From Elusimicrobiota bacterium (GTDB taxonomy: Bacteria > Elusimicrobiota > Elusimicrobia > UBA1565 > UBA9628): a stretch of DNA of 64,000 nucleotides. A program made the translations under genes and the position numbers. The stretch is taken from positions 3,794-67,793 of the forward strand of contig JAUYSH010000110.1 in NCBI GenBank assembly GCA_030696455.1, in the 5' to 3' direction. Shown piece by piece: positions 37,335-48,263 of the stretch; position 1 is the first letter of the stretch, and every line of letters starts with the position of its first letter. The notes beneath the pieces are model-generated. The model searched no databases, was not told where the DNA came from, and saw only the letters and a list, made by a program, of their open reading frames with translations.

Positions 37335-38348
37335 ATGGAGCTCAAGCCGAACGACCTCGCCGCGGAGTGGAAGGCCGGCAAGTTCCGGCCCGTCTACTAT
37401 CTGTTCGGCGAGGAATCGGCCTCCAAGGCCGACGCGGTCCTGAGGCTCAAGGCGCTGTTCAAGCCCGACGACTTCAACCTGCGCGAGTTCTCCGGCGACC
37501 CGAACTCCGAATACTCCGCGATCATCAGCGAGGCGCTGACCTTGCCCGTGTTCGCCGACAAGCGGCTCGTGATCGTTCGCAGCCACAAGATCCCCGCCGA
37601 GGCCCGCGCGGCCTTCGCCGACTACCTGCGCTCCCCCTCGCCGACGACGACCTTGGTGCTCCTCTCCGAGGACCGCCGCCCCGACAAGAAGGACGCGCTG
37701 GCCGCCGCCGCCGCCGAGGCCGGAGCGATCTGCGTCTTTTCCCCGCTCACCGAGGATGAGGCCGTCGAGCGGCTCCTGGCCGAGGCCAAGACGGCCGGGA
37801 AGAACCTGGACCCCGCGGCGGCGGCCGCGCTGACCGAGCAGGCCGGGACGGACTGGGGCATATTGAGCGGCGAACTGGAGAAGGCGCTCCTGTTCGCCGG
37901 CAAGGCCACCGACATCGGCATGGACGCCGTCTCGGCGAGCATGGGCTTTCGCAAGGCGACCGATCCCTGGGCGTTCGAGCGCCTGGTGTCGTCGCGCGAC
38001 CTCAAGGCCTGCATGACCTACCTGCGCGACGCCTTCGCCGACGCCAAGCCCGACGAGGTCGTGTTCCGCTCGCTCGCCCAGGCCCGCGCCGCCTACCTCA
38101 AGCAGTTGAAGGCCAAGCGCATGTTGAAGGCCGGCCTCGCGCCGCGAGACATCGAGATGAAGCTGAGGATTTTCTACGACCGGGACTTCTTCGACCGCGC
38201 CAAACGCGTCACCGAGGAGCGCCTGCGCCGCGACCTGCGCCGCCTGCTCGAGGTCGAGACCGACCTCAAGTCCAAGGCCTGGCTCGACGCCAAGATCGAG
38301 TTCGAGGGCGTCGTCGTCGAACTCTGCACCCCCACCCCCCGCTTATAG
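37335..38348 (+). CDS. holA: DNA polymerase III subunit delta
   Basis: PVYYLFGEE, TLPVFADKRLVIV, ELEK, DLKSK; leuS-lptE-holA synteny. Confidence 0.92.
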   Translation: MELKPNDLAAEWKAGKFRPVYYLFGEESASKADAVLRLKALFKPDDFNLREFSGDPNSEYSAIISEALTLPVFADKRLVIVRSHKIPAEARAAFADYLRSPSPTTTLVLLSEDRRPDKKDALAAAAAEAGAICVFSPLTEDEAVERLLAEAKTAGKNLDPAAAAALTEQAGTDWGILSGELEKALLFAGKATDIGMDAVSASMGFRKATDPWAFERLVSSRDLKACMTYLRDAFADAKPDEVVFRSLAQARAAYLKQLKAKRMLKAGLAPRDIEMKLRIFYDRDFFDRAKRVTEERLRRDLRRLLEVETDLKSKAWLDAKIEFEGVVVELCTPTPRL

Positions 38349-38357
38349 GGGTCTTAA

Positions 38358-38448
38358 ATGGTGTCAGGCATATCGTTCTTTGCATAACTTTCCTTGGCAG
38401 TGCTTCGAATTTTTGAAGTTATGCAAAGAACGATATGCCTGACACCAT
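38358..38448. repeat. Perfect 33-bp inverted repeat with 25-nt spacer (REPIN/MITE-like)
   Basis: ATGGTGTCAGGCATATCGTTCTTTGCATAACTT at 38358-38390 and its exact reverse complement at 38416-38448. Confidence 0.92.
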
Positions 38449-38458
38449 GAATACACCA

Positions 38459-38492
38459 AGAAAAGCGCCCGTCCCTTGGGGGACGGGCGCTT
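38459..38492 (-). terminator. Rho-independent terminator after rpsT
   Basis: AAGCGCCCGTCCC/GGGACGGGCGCTT stem followed by a U-run on the minus strand. Confidence 0.8.
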
Positions 38493-38512
38493 CTGTTTTG
38501 CCGGAAACGGTG

Positions 38513-38803
38513 TTACTTCGCTGCGGCGGTCAGCTTGTTGACCTGGAGGGCCAGGCGCGACTTCTTGCGCGCGGCGGCCTTCCAGTGGATCGTGCCGCGC
38601 TTGGCGGCCTTGTCGAGGGCGGACGAGGCCTTGCCCGTCAGCGCTCCGAGATCCTTGACGTCCTTGCTCTTCACGGCGTCCGTGACGGCGCGGACGGCGA
38701 GGCGGACCGACTTCTTGATGCCCGCGTTTTGGATCGCGTGCTTCAGGGACTGGCGGTGGGCCTTGAGTCCCGACTTGTGACGCATCTGCTTCTTCTTTGC
38801 CAT
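38513..38803 (-). CDS. rpsT: 30S ribosomal protein S20
   Basis: HKSGLKAHRQS, LDKAAKRGTIHWKAAARKKSRL. Confidence 0.95.
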   Translation of the reverse strand: MAKKKQMRHKSGLKAHRQSLKHAIQNAGIKKSVRLAVRAVTDAVKSKDVKDLGALTGKASSALDKAAKRGTIHWKAAARKKSRLALQVNKLTAAAK

Positions 38804-38859
38804 GGTTTTGAGATTGTGCCTTTTTAGGGCCTACGCCGTCAATGAGGCTCCGGCGGGAC

Positions 38860-39624
38860 CTAAAGCGCCCGCACCAGCACGGTGAGGCCCCAAACCAGGG
38901 AGCGGTGAAGCACTTTGTAGGAGCCTCCGCCTGAGGCGGCGGCGAAAGAGGAGGAGGTGGTCCAGACGACGTCGCGCAGGGCGACGCTCGGTCCCGCGGA
39001 AATCGCCGCCGTGGGGTGCCACAGCCCCCCGGCGTACCACCAGCGCTCGTAGAAGGACCGCGTGCCGAAGTTGAGCGGGATGTAAGTCCCGTGCCGGAGG
39101 AAGAGCGTTCCCTTCGGCGCCAGGCCGTCCAGCCAGAACCAGGCGACCTCGGGCTCCAGCTTCAGCGAGCTTTGGGCGTTGAAGAAGTTGCGTTCGAAGC
39201 GGACCTTCAGGGAGCCGACGAAGCGCCCCCCGAGGCTCGTCCGCGGCGTCGCGTCGAGGATGAGGATGTTCTCCGGCCGGTTGGCGGCCGGCCGCCAAAA
39301 CCAGTTTCCGGCCGCGTCCTTGGTCCAATCGTCGTCGTGACGGGCGCCGCTTTGAACCTGATAGAAGGCGCCGAGTTTGAGGTTCCGGTGCGCGCGCCCG
39401 TAGGCGCCCAGCATCAAGGAGCGCTGAGGCCGCAGGCCTTCGAACTGCCAGCGCTGGGTCAAATCCGCGAGCGGCTCCAGGCGCCCGGCCCGGCCCATGA
39501 CGCGGGCCGACGCCTCGTATTGCGCCACGCGCCCGCGCGGCGCCGAGGGCGCGGGCGCGGCGTGGGCGGAGACCGCCGCCAGCAGGAGCGGGAGGAAGGA
39601 CGTCTTAACGATAAGCTTGGTCAA
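38860..39624 (-). CDS. Outer-membrane beta-barrel (DUF2490-like); start uncertain
   Basis: Signal peptide, alternating aromatic strands, RPENILILD, RFERNF. Confidence 0.65.
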   Translation of the reverse strand: MTKLIVKTSFLPLLLAAVSAHAAPAPSAPRGRVAQYEASARVMGRAGRLEPLADLTQRWQFEGLRPQRSLMLGAYGRAHRNLKLGAFYQVQSGARHDDDWTKDAAGNWFWRPAANRPENILILDATPRTSLGGRFVGSLKVRFERNFFNAQSSLKLEPEVAWFWLDGLAPKGTLFLRHGTYIPLNFGTRSFYERWWYAGGLWHPTAAISAGPSVALRDVVWTTSSSFAAASGGGSYKVLHRSLVWGLTVLVRAL

Positions 39625-40306
39625 GGAGGTCCGCGTAGGCGCCGTCGAGGCTGGTCGTATCCTCGACCGGGCCGCTTGCGTCGTCCATGTTCCAGTTGAG
39701 CGCCCTGGTCCAGTCGTAGGCCTGAGGCGCGGTCAGGTCGACCCCGGCCTTGATCAGCACGCCCTTGCCCGCGGGCACGAGCAGCCCCTTCTTCGACTTG
39801 GGCGTCTCGAGCATGACGGCGCCCTCGTTGACGCACACCCACAGGTCGCGGGACTTGCCCTTGGCCCGGCCGTAGGCGGTGAAGAACTCGGTGCCGCGCA
39901 CGGCGGCGACGGCCGACGGCGTGCGCACGTTGAACTGCCGGCCGGCGAGTCGCTTCGTGATCTTGGCGAACACCGAGCCGTAGGACAGGAAGGCCTCGGT
40001 CAAGGTCTCGGACTTCGAGTCGTTCGTGCCGGGCCAGGTGACGGCGACTCGGGTGGACTCGCGCAGCTTGAGGCGGGAGCCGTCGGGCAGTTCGATGACG
40101 GTCCCTGCGCCTTGGGCCGTGGTCACCGAGGCGCCGTGGTCGAGCCTCGCCCCGGTCTTGCCGAGACCGCCTCCGGACTTAGACTCGACGGTCACGTCCC
40201 CCGTTACGTACGCGAGGCGGGCCGAGGGCGCCTTGGATTCGGCGGCGAACAGCGGCGCGGCGGCGAGCAGGAGCGGGACCAGCAGCAGACGGCTCATCGT
40301 CGTCAT
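39605..40306 (-). CDS. Exported FecR-domain protein
   Basis: DGSRLKLRE, FNVRTPSAVAAVRGTEF, VNEGAV. Confidence 0.88.
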   Translation of the reverse strand: MTTMSRLLLVPLLLAAAPLFAAESKAPSARLAYVTGDVTVESKSGGGLGKTGARLDHGASVTTAQGAGTVIELPDGSRLKLRESTRVAVTWPGTNDSKSETLTEAFLSYGSVFAKITKRLAGRQFNVRTPSAVAAVRGTEFFTAYGRAKGKSRDLWVCVNEGAVMLETPKSKKGLLVPAGKGVLIKAGVDLTAPQAYDWTRALNWNMDDASGPVEDTTSLDGAYADLLDQAYR

Positions 40307-40339
40307 CCATCGATTCCACCTCATTGATATACTTCAAGG

Positions 40340-41635
40340 ATGGAGCCTTTCGACCGCCGCCATATCCCCCACCGGACGGGCGTCTACATCATGTGCGACG
40401 CCGGCGGAGAGATCCTCTACATCGGCAAGGCCCTAGACCTGTCGTCACGCGTCGCGCAGTATTTCAACCCGAACAAGGAGGACCTCAAGAATCAGACCTT
40501 GGTCCCCCTGATCCGGCGCATCGACTATGTCCTCTGCGAATCCGAGCGCGAGGCGCTCCTGCTCGAGCGGAGGCTGATCAACGAGCACCAGCCTTTCTTC
40601 AACGTCTTGTGGAAGGACGGCAAGACCTACCCCTACGTCAAGATCACCATGGGCGAGGACTTCCCCCGGCTCATCACGACGCGGCGCAAGGTCCGCGACG
40701 GCGGCGCGTACTTCGGGCCGTATCCGAAGGTGACGCCGGTGCGAGCCCTGCTCCGCTATTTATGGAAGCAGCGTCTCTTCCCGCTGAGGCCGTGCCGCTG
40801 GGACTTCTCCGAGGCGAAGCCGCTCGACAAGCGCAAGATCACCGCGTGCCTGTACTACCACACGAAGGAATGCCCGGCGCCCTGCGCCGCGAAGATCTCC
40901 AAGACCGAGTACCGGGACATCGCCGAGAGGGCGCTGCTCTTCTTCAAGGGCAAGTACGCCGACCTGCGCGAGGAGTTCGAGGCCGAGATGAAGGAGGCGT
41001 CGGCCGCGATGGACTACGAGCGCGCCGCCCAGCTGCGCGACAACGTCCAGGCCCTGTCCCAGATGGGCGAGCGCGTGCGCGCCGTCGAGGCGGACCAAGT
41101 GGGCGGGCACACCGCCCGGACCCAGATGGTCACGGACCTCCAAAAGGCCCTGATGCTCGCCGCGCCGCCGGTGCATATCGAGTGCTTCGACATCTCCCAC
41201 TTCCAGGGCCTTCAGACCGTCGCGTCGATGGTCTGCTTCTCGGGCGGCAAGCCGAACCGCGACCACTACCGGAAGTTCAAGATCCGAGACACCGCGGGCA
41301 TCGACGACTTCAAGTCCATGCACGAGGCGGTGTACCGTCGCTATAAGCGCCTCAAGTCGGAAAAAGCCGCCTTGCCCGACCTGATCCTCATCGACGGCGG
41401 CAAGGGCCAGTTGAGCGCCGCCCAGGCCGCCCTCAAGGAGCTCGAGCTCAAGATCCCGATGGCCTCTCTCGCCAAGCGCATCGAGGAGGTCTTCCTCCCC
41501 GGCCGCGCGGAATCCATCCTCCTGCGCCTCGACGACCCGGCCCTGCGCCTCTTGCAGCAGCTTCGCGACGAAGCGCACCGCTTCGGCGTCGCCTACCACC
41601 GCCTCCTGCGCGACAAGCACCTCTTCGAGGAGTGA
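40340..41635 (+). CDS. uvrC: Excinuclease ABC subunit C, short form
   Basis: GIY-YIG (GVYIM..ILYIGKA), Cys cluster, UVR domain (ERAAQLRD), IECFDISH, LIDGGKGQ, RDEAHRF. Confidence 0.92.
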   Translation: MEPFDRRHIPHRTGVYIMCDAGGEILYIGKALDLSSRVAQYFNPNKEDLKNQTLVPLIRRIDYVLCESEREALLLERRLINEHQPFFNVLWKDGKTYPYVKITMGEDFPRLITTRRKVRDGGAYFGPYPKVTPVRALLRYLWKQRLFPLRPCRWDFSEAKPLDKRKITACLYYHTKECPAPCAAKISKTEYRDIAERALLFFKGKYADLREEFEAEMKEASAAMDYERAAQLRDNVQALSQMGERVRAVEADQVGGHTARTQMVTDLQKALMLAAPPVHIECFDISHFQGLQTVASMVCFSGGKPNRDHYRKFKIRDTAGIDDFKSMHEAVYRRYKRLKSEKAALPDLILIDGGKGQLSAAQAALKELELKIPMASLAKRIEEVFLPGRAESILLRLDDPALRLLQQLRDEAHRFGVAYHRLLRDKHLFEE

Positions 41636-41651
41636 CGGCGAGAAAGCGGGT

Positions 41652-41814
41652 CGGCGAACTACTTCATAAGGCCCGCGGCGGATTCATGTCCTGAGGGGTG
41701 TGGGGTCGCCGCGCCGTTTGCGCTCGAAGCGCGGTCGACCCCAAGCGAGGCTCAATGCCGAGCGGCCCCGAAGGACATGAAACCGCCGCCGGGCCGTCGC
41801 GAAGCCGTTCGCCG
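41652..41814. repeat. About 160-nt highly base-paired intergenic element (MITE-like or ncRNA)
   Basis: Nested stems CGGCGAAC/GTTCGCCG, GCGGCGG/CCGCCGC, TTCATGTCCT/AGGACATGAA, TGGGGTCG/CGACCCCA. Confidence 0.7.
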
Positions 41815-41828
41815 TTCCGTTACGAGCC

Positions 41829-43055
41829 CTACTCCGCCATGCCGCCGATCTCGAACATCGGCATGAACATCGCCACGACGATGGTGCCGATGATGACGCC
41901 CATGACGACGATGACGATGGGCTCGATCAGCGAGGTCAGGCCCTTGACCGCGGTGTCGACCTCCTGGTCGTAGAAGTCCGCGATCTTGGAGAGCATGATG
42001 TCGAGAGCGCCGGTTTCCTCGCCGACGGAGATCATCGACGTCACCATGTTGGGGAAGATGCCGGACTTCTTGAGCGGATCGGACAGGTGGCCGCCTTCGC
42101 GGATGGATTCGCGCGTGCTGTTGACGGCCTCGGCGATGACGACGTTGCCGGCCGTCTGGGCGACGGTCTCGAGGGCCTGCATGATCGGCACGCCGGACTT
42201 GATCAAGGTGCCGAGGGTGCGCGTGAAGCGGGCGACCGCCACCTTCTTCAGGATAGGCCCGAAGACGGGCGCCTTGAGGGACTGGGCGTCGACCCATCTG
42301 TGGCCGTACGGCGTCGAGTAGAATTTCTGGAAGCCCTTCCAGCCGACGAACGGCGCCGCGACGATGAGGTACCACTTCGCTTTCATCGCGTCGGAGATGT
42401 CGATGAGGACCTGGGTCGGCAAGGGCAGCTCCCGTCCGAAGCCCTCGAAGATGGCCTTGAAGGTCGGGATCACGAAGATCATGAGGAAGACGGTGACGAT
42501 CGAGCAGATCGAGAGGACGATCGCGGGATACATCATGGCGCCCTTCACCTTGGCCTTCAGGGCCTCGGAGCTCTCAAGGTAGGCGGTCAGACGCTCGAGG
42601 ATGGTGTCCAGGATGCCGCCGAGCTCGCCGGCCTTGACCATCGAGCAGTAAAGGTCGGGGAAGGCGTTCGGATGCTTCTTGAGCGCGTCGGAGATGGACA
42701 GGCCGGCCTCGATGTCGGACTTGACCGCGCCGAGGACCTCCTTGAAGTCGGGGTTCTCGGCCTGGTTCTCGAGGATGCCCAGGCTCTGCACGATCGGCAC
42801 GCCGGCGCCGACCAAGGTCGAAAGTTGACGGGAGAACAACGAGAGGTCCTTCGAGGGAATGGCGGGCTTTCCCTTCTTCCACCCGACGAGCGCCTTGAGC
42901 TTTTCAACGGGGGATACGGCCTTCTCCGCGATCTCCAAGACGACCATCTTCTGGCCGCGCAGCTTCTCGACGGCGGCGCGCTGCTCGTCGGCGTCGATGA
43001 CTCCTTCCATGATGAGGCCGGCGGCGGTCTTGGCTTTATAGGTGTAAGCGGGCAT
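41829..43055 (-). CDS. pilC: Type IV pilus platform protein PilC
   Basis: FSRQLSTLVGAGVP, AGELGG, AMMYP, LPLPTQ, VGEETG, LIEP. Confidence 0.95.
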   Translation of the reverse strand: MPAYTYKAKTAAGLIMEGVIDADEQRAAVEKLRGQKMVVLEIAEKAVSPVEKLKALVGWKKGKPAIPSKDLSLFSRQLSTLVGAGVPIVQSLGILENQAENPDFKEVLGAVKSDIEAGLSISDALKKHPNAFPDLYCSMVKAGELGGILDTILERLTAYLESSEALKAKVKGAMMYPAIVLSICSIVTVFLMIFVIPTFKAIFEGFGRELPLPTQVLIDISDAMKAKWYLIVAAPFVGWKGFQKFYSTPYGHRWVDAQSLKAPVFGPILKKVAVARFTRTLGTLIKSGVPIMQALETVAQTAGNVVIAEAVNSTRESIREGGHLSDPLKKSGIFPNMVTSMISVGEETGALDIMLSKIADFYDQEVDTAVKGLTSLIEPIVIVVMGVIIGTIVVAMFMPMFEIGGMAE

Positions 43056-43069
43056 GGGCTCTCCCTATT

Positions 43070-44149
43070 CTACGATTGTGCGGGCGCCATGTGCCGCTGC
43101 ATCAGGCGACGAAGGTCCTCGGGGTCCATCGAGTGCGCCATGGCTTCCTGGAAGGTGATCTTCTGCTTGAAATAGAGGTCGGCGAGGGACTGGTTCATCG
43201 TCTGCATGCCGGACTTGCCGCCGGTCTGGATCGCGACCTGGATCTGCTCGACCTTCTGCTCGCGGATCAGGTTGCGGATCGCGGAATTGACGATCAAGGT
43301 CTCGCAGGCCAGAACGCGCCCGGTGCCCGTCGCGTGGCTGAGCAACTGCTGGCAGAGCACGGCCTGAAGGACGAAGGAAAGCTGAACGCGGACCTGATCG
43401 AGCTGGTGCTGAGGGAAGACATCGATGATGCGGTTGATCGTCTGGGCGCAGTCCGTGGTGTGCAAAGTGGCGAGGACCATATGGCCGGTCTCGGCGATGT
43501 TGAGCGCGGCCTGGATGGTCTCGAGGTCGCGCAGCTCGCCGATGAGGATCACGTCGGGGTCCTGGCGCAGGATGTGGCGCAGCGCCGCGCCGAAGGTCAC
43601 CGTGTCGGAGCCGACCTCGCGTTGATTGATGACGGACTTCTTATGCGTATGCACGAATTCGATGGGGTCCTCGATCGTCACGATGTGCGCGGCGCGCGTC
43701 TCGTTGATGAAGTCGATCATGCTGGCCAAGGTCGTGGACTTGCCCGAGCCGGTCTGGCCGGTGACGAGGATGAGGCCCTTGGGGAGCTTCATGATGTCGA
43801 GGATCGACTTGGGCATGCCGATCTCCTCGAAGGTCTTGAAGGAGTTCGGGATCGCGCGGACGGCGGCGCCGACGGAGCCGGTCTGGCGGTACACGTTCAT
43901 GCGCACGCGGCCGATGCCGCGCAGGTTGAAGGCGAGGTCGAGCTCGTTGGACGCCTCGAAGCGCTGGCGCTGCTGGTCGTTGAGCAGCGAGTAGATCAAG
44001 GTCTGAGCCATCTCGCTGTTGAGCTTCTCGAACGGGGTCGGCAACAGGGCGCCGTCGATGCGCAGGGTCGGCGGGGCCCCCACCGTGAGATGGAGGTCGG
44101 ACGCGCCGCGCTCGTGCATCAGCAGAAACAGCTCTCCCATCGAGACCAT
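43070..44149 (-). CDS. pilT: Type IV pilus retraction ATPase PilT
   Basis: ASDLHL, GQTGSGKS, EDPIE, AETGH, AIRNLIRE; SD AAGGAG. Confidence 0.96.
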   Translation of the reverse strand: MVSMGELFLLMHERGASDLHLTVGAPPTLRIDGALLPTPFEKLNSEMAQTLIYSLLNDQQRQRFEASNELDLAFNLRGIGRVRMNVYRQTGSVGAAVRAIPNSFKTFEEIGMPKSILDIMKLPKGLILVTGQTGSGKSTTLASMIDFINETRAAHIVTIEDPIEFVHTHKKSVINQREVGSDTVTFGAALRHILRQDPDVILIGELRDLETIQAALNIAETGHMVLATLHTTDCAQTINRIIDVFPQHQLDQVRVQLSFVLQAVLCQQLLSHATGTGRVLACETLIVNSAIRNLIREQKVEQIQVAIQTGGKSGMQTMNQSLADLYFKQKITFQEAMAHSMDPEDLRRLMQRHMAPAQS

Positions 44150-44163
44150 GCTCGCTCCTTGAC

Positions 44164-45945
<1,782 letters not shown>

Positions 45946-46083
45946 TTCGCTATAAGGTTACGGTCCACGGCGGTCTTTGTCAAGGCCGGGCGCAGGAAGG
46001 GGCATATTAATAAGAAGTGAACGCTGGAAGCTATCAAGCTTTGCCATACCGAGCTTCCGCGTCGGCCGCTCGCGACCGACGGC

Positions 46084-48192
46084 TCATATCCCCGAATCGA
46101 TGGTGTCCGAGCCGAACGTCCCGTCGTCCTCGGCGGGCGGCCGCAGCTCGCCCGAGTCGGGCAGGGGCAGGAGCGGCACCTCCTTGGGCTCCTCGACGAC
46201 GCGGCGGCGGGGCGCAGCCTTTTTGACCGGCTTGGGCTTCCTGACCTTCGGCGCTTCGGGAGGCGGCGATCCGGCCAGCATCTGGCGGGCCTCGATGTTC
46301 TTGCCCATGACGATGCCGTTGCCGTCGATCTCGAAGAGGTAAAGCGCGCCCTTGCCGGCGGAGGACCCCGGAACCAGGCGATACTCGACGAGCACCGTGT
46401 TCTCCCCCGTCGTGCTCGCGTTCCACTCCTCAGTGCCGGCGCCGGGGCTCGCGGTGTAGGAGTATTGAAGCCAGCGGCCGACGCTGCCGCGGTCGCCGTC
46501 GAGAGGGAAGTCCTTGACGGCCTCGATCGCCGCGAGGTGCTCGGCCGGCGGGCCGGGCGGCGGCGCGGGCTCGACCATCTGCGGCTTGGCGGCGGGAGGC
46601 GGCTCGTCGGCGACCACGCCGATCGGGGCCTGGCCGTCGTCGAGCATCGTCATCTGACGCAGGTCGTCCTTCGGCTGGCGCATGAAAACGACGCCGAGCA
46701 CGACGAGCAAGGTAACGAGAACACCGCCGGCGATCAGGAACGCCTTGTTGCCGCGGCCGGGCTTCTTGATCTCTCCCGTCGGCGGCGGGGGCTCGGGCTT
46801 GGCGAAGCGCGCGGAGGCGGCGGCGTCCGGGGAAGAGGCCTCGACGCCGCCCATCCGGACCAGCGTCGTCGGAGGCTCCGAGGTCGCCATGTCGCCGGTG
46901 CCCGCCATGTCGCCGCCGAGCAGGTCGGGCACGGGCTGGGTTCGGCTGAGCGTGTTCGGGGGGGCCGATATCGGCGTCGGAATCGGCGGCGGCTGCGCGG
47001 GCAAGGCGAACGGATTGGGGATCTCGGCGGTAGCCGGCGGCGGCGCCATGACCGGGATCGGCGGAGGCGCGACGACCGGCGCGGGTTCCGGAGGCGCGAC
47101 GACCGGCGCGGGTTCCGAAGGAACGATCGGCGCGAAGGCGGCCGGCGGCGGCGGGATCTGAGCCGGCGGCGGCGGAATTTCGACCGCCGCCTCGGCGACC
47201 GGCTCGATTTTGAATTCCGGGACCGGGTTGGACGACGGCGCGGAAGCCGCTTCGCCGGCGCCGAGGACCTTGAAGGACTTGACCGTCGGGATGATCTTGA
47301 ACGATTTGGCCTTGCCGAACGGCTTGCGCGTTTCCGGGGCCGGGACGGGCGCCTCGGCCGGCGCGACGGCCGGGGCGGATGGAAGCTCGACGGAAGGGGC
47401 CGGCGCGGGCGCTGTGAAGGAGGGTATTTCCGGCAGCGGCGGGGGAGTCGGCTCCGCCGGCGCGGGCGTGAACGAGGCGCCGCCGAACGTCGGGAAGGCG
47501 GCTGGGCCGGCGACGGGCGCTTGCGGCCACTCGGCCGGCGCCTGCGCCGCGGCCTCGGCCGGGACTGCGGCGACGGGCGGAGGGCCGCCGGGAATCGGGG
47601 GCGGCGCCGGCGACAGAAAAGTCTTTTGCGGCGCCGCCGCGGCGGCGGATTCCGCCGCCGTCGCCGAAGGAGGAGCCTCCGGAGGCTGGATGCCGCGCGC
47701 GCGCAGTTCGAGATCCTTCGCGGCCAGGCGCCGGGTCAGATCGGTGTGGCCGGCCTCGAGTTCCGAGACATGCCGATACATGGCCTCGAGCCGCGCCGTC
47801 AGCTCCGAAATTGTCTCCCGCGCGTCGCGCGACGCGGCTTCGTTGTCCGCGGCGCGGGGGGCGAGAATATCGTTGAAGCCCTTCTTGAAGCCCGCGTCCT
47901 GAAACAGCTCCTCGGCGAAGGACGAGGAGAATTCATCGTCCCCGATCAAACCCGCGGATTCGATCTGAAGCTGGTCGAGAAGACCGGTGCTGGAAGGAAA
48001 ATCATCGACCGGACCGGGGCCCCCGGAGGTTATCCCGGCCAGCTCCGCCAGCTCGCCCGCCGGGGTCCAGGCGCCGCCCGCGGAATCACCCGCGCAGACG
48101 AGGGTGCCCGAATCGAGGCCGGGCAGGCCGGAGACGGCCTCCTTGTCGAAGGGGCCGAGGATGCGCGATTCCTTATAAACCCAATACTTCAC
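46084..48192 (-). CDS. Bitopic membrane protein: GYF_2-like N-domain, coiled coil, long Pro-rich linker, TM, periplasmic domain
   Basis: YWVY..ILGPF..LVC..W; TM FLIAGGVLVTLLVVLGVVF; 27-bp duplication at 47062-47115. Confidence 0.7.
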   Translation of the reverse strand: MKYWVYKESRILGPFDKEAVSGLPGLDSGTLVCAGDSAGGAWTPAGELAELAGITSGGPGPVDDFPSSTGLLDQLQIESAGLIGDDEFSSSFAEELFQDAGFKKGFNDILAPRAADNEAASRDARETISELTARLEAMYRHVSELEAGHTDLTRRLAAKDLELRARGIQPPEAPPSATAAESAAAAAPQKTFLSPAPPPIPGGPPPVAAVPAEAAAQAPAEWPQAPVAGPAAFPTFGGASFTPAPAEPTPPPLPEIPSFTAPAPAPSVELPSAPAVAPAEAPVPAPETRKPFGKAKSFKIIPTVKSFKVLGAGEAASAPSSNPVPEFKIEPVAEAAVEIPPPPAQIPPPPAAFAPIVPSEPAPVVAPPEPAPVVAPPPIPVMAPPPATAEIPNPFALPAQPPPIPTPISAPPNTLSRTQPVPDLLGGDMAGTGDMATSEPPTTLVRMGGVEASSPDAAASARFAKPEPPPPTGEIKKPGRGNKAFLIAGGVLVTLLVVLGVVFMRQPKDDLRQMTMLDDGQAPIGVVADEPPPAAKPQMVEPAPPPGPPAEHLAAIEAVKDFPLDGDRGSVGRWLQYSYTASPGAGTEEWNASTTGENTVLVEYRLVPGSSAGKGALYLFEIDGNGIVMGKNIEARQMLAGSPPPEAPKVRKPKPVKKAAPRRRVVEEPKEVPLLPLPDSGELRPPAEDDGTFGSDTIDSGI

Positions 48193-48263
48193 TCGATGCT
48201 AGGGTAGCTTCCCGGTGTTACATTTTCAAGGCTGCCCTCCCCCTCAAAAGGTAAAATCGGCTC

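Noticed and set aside
38492-38510. CTGTTTTGCCGGAAACGG as a further type A palindrome
   Set aside because: Spacing and arms are imperfect and it abuts the rpsT terminator; probably chance
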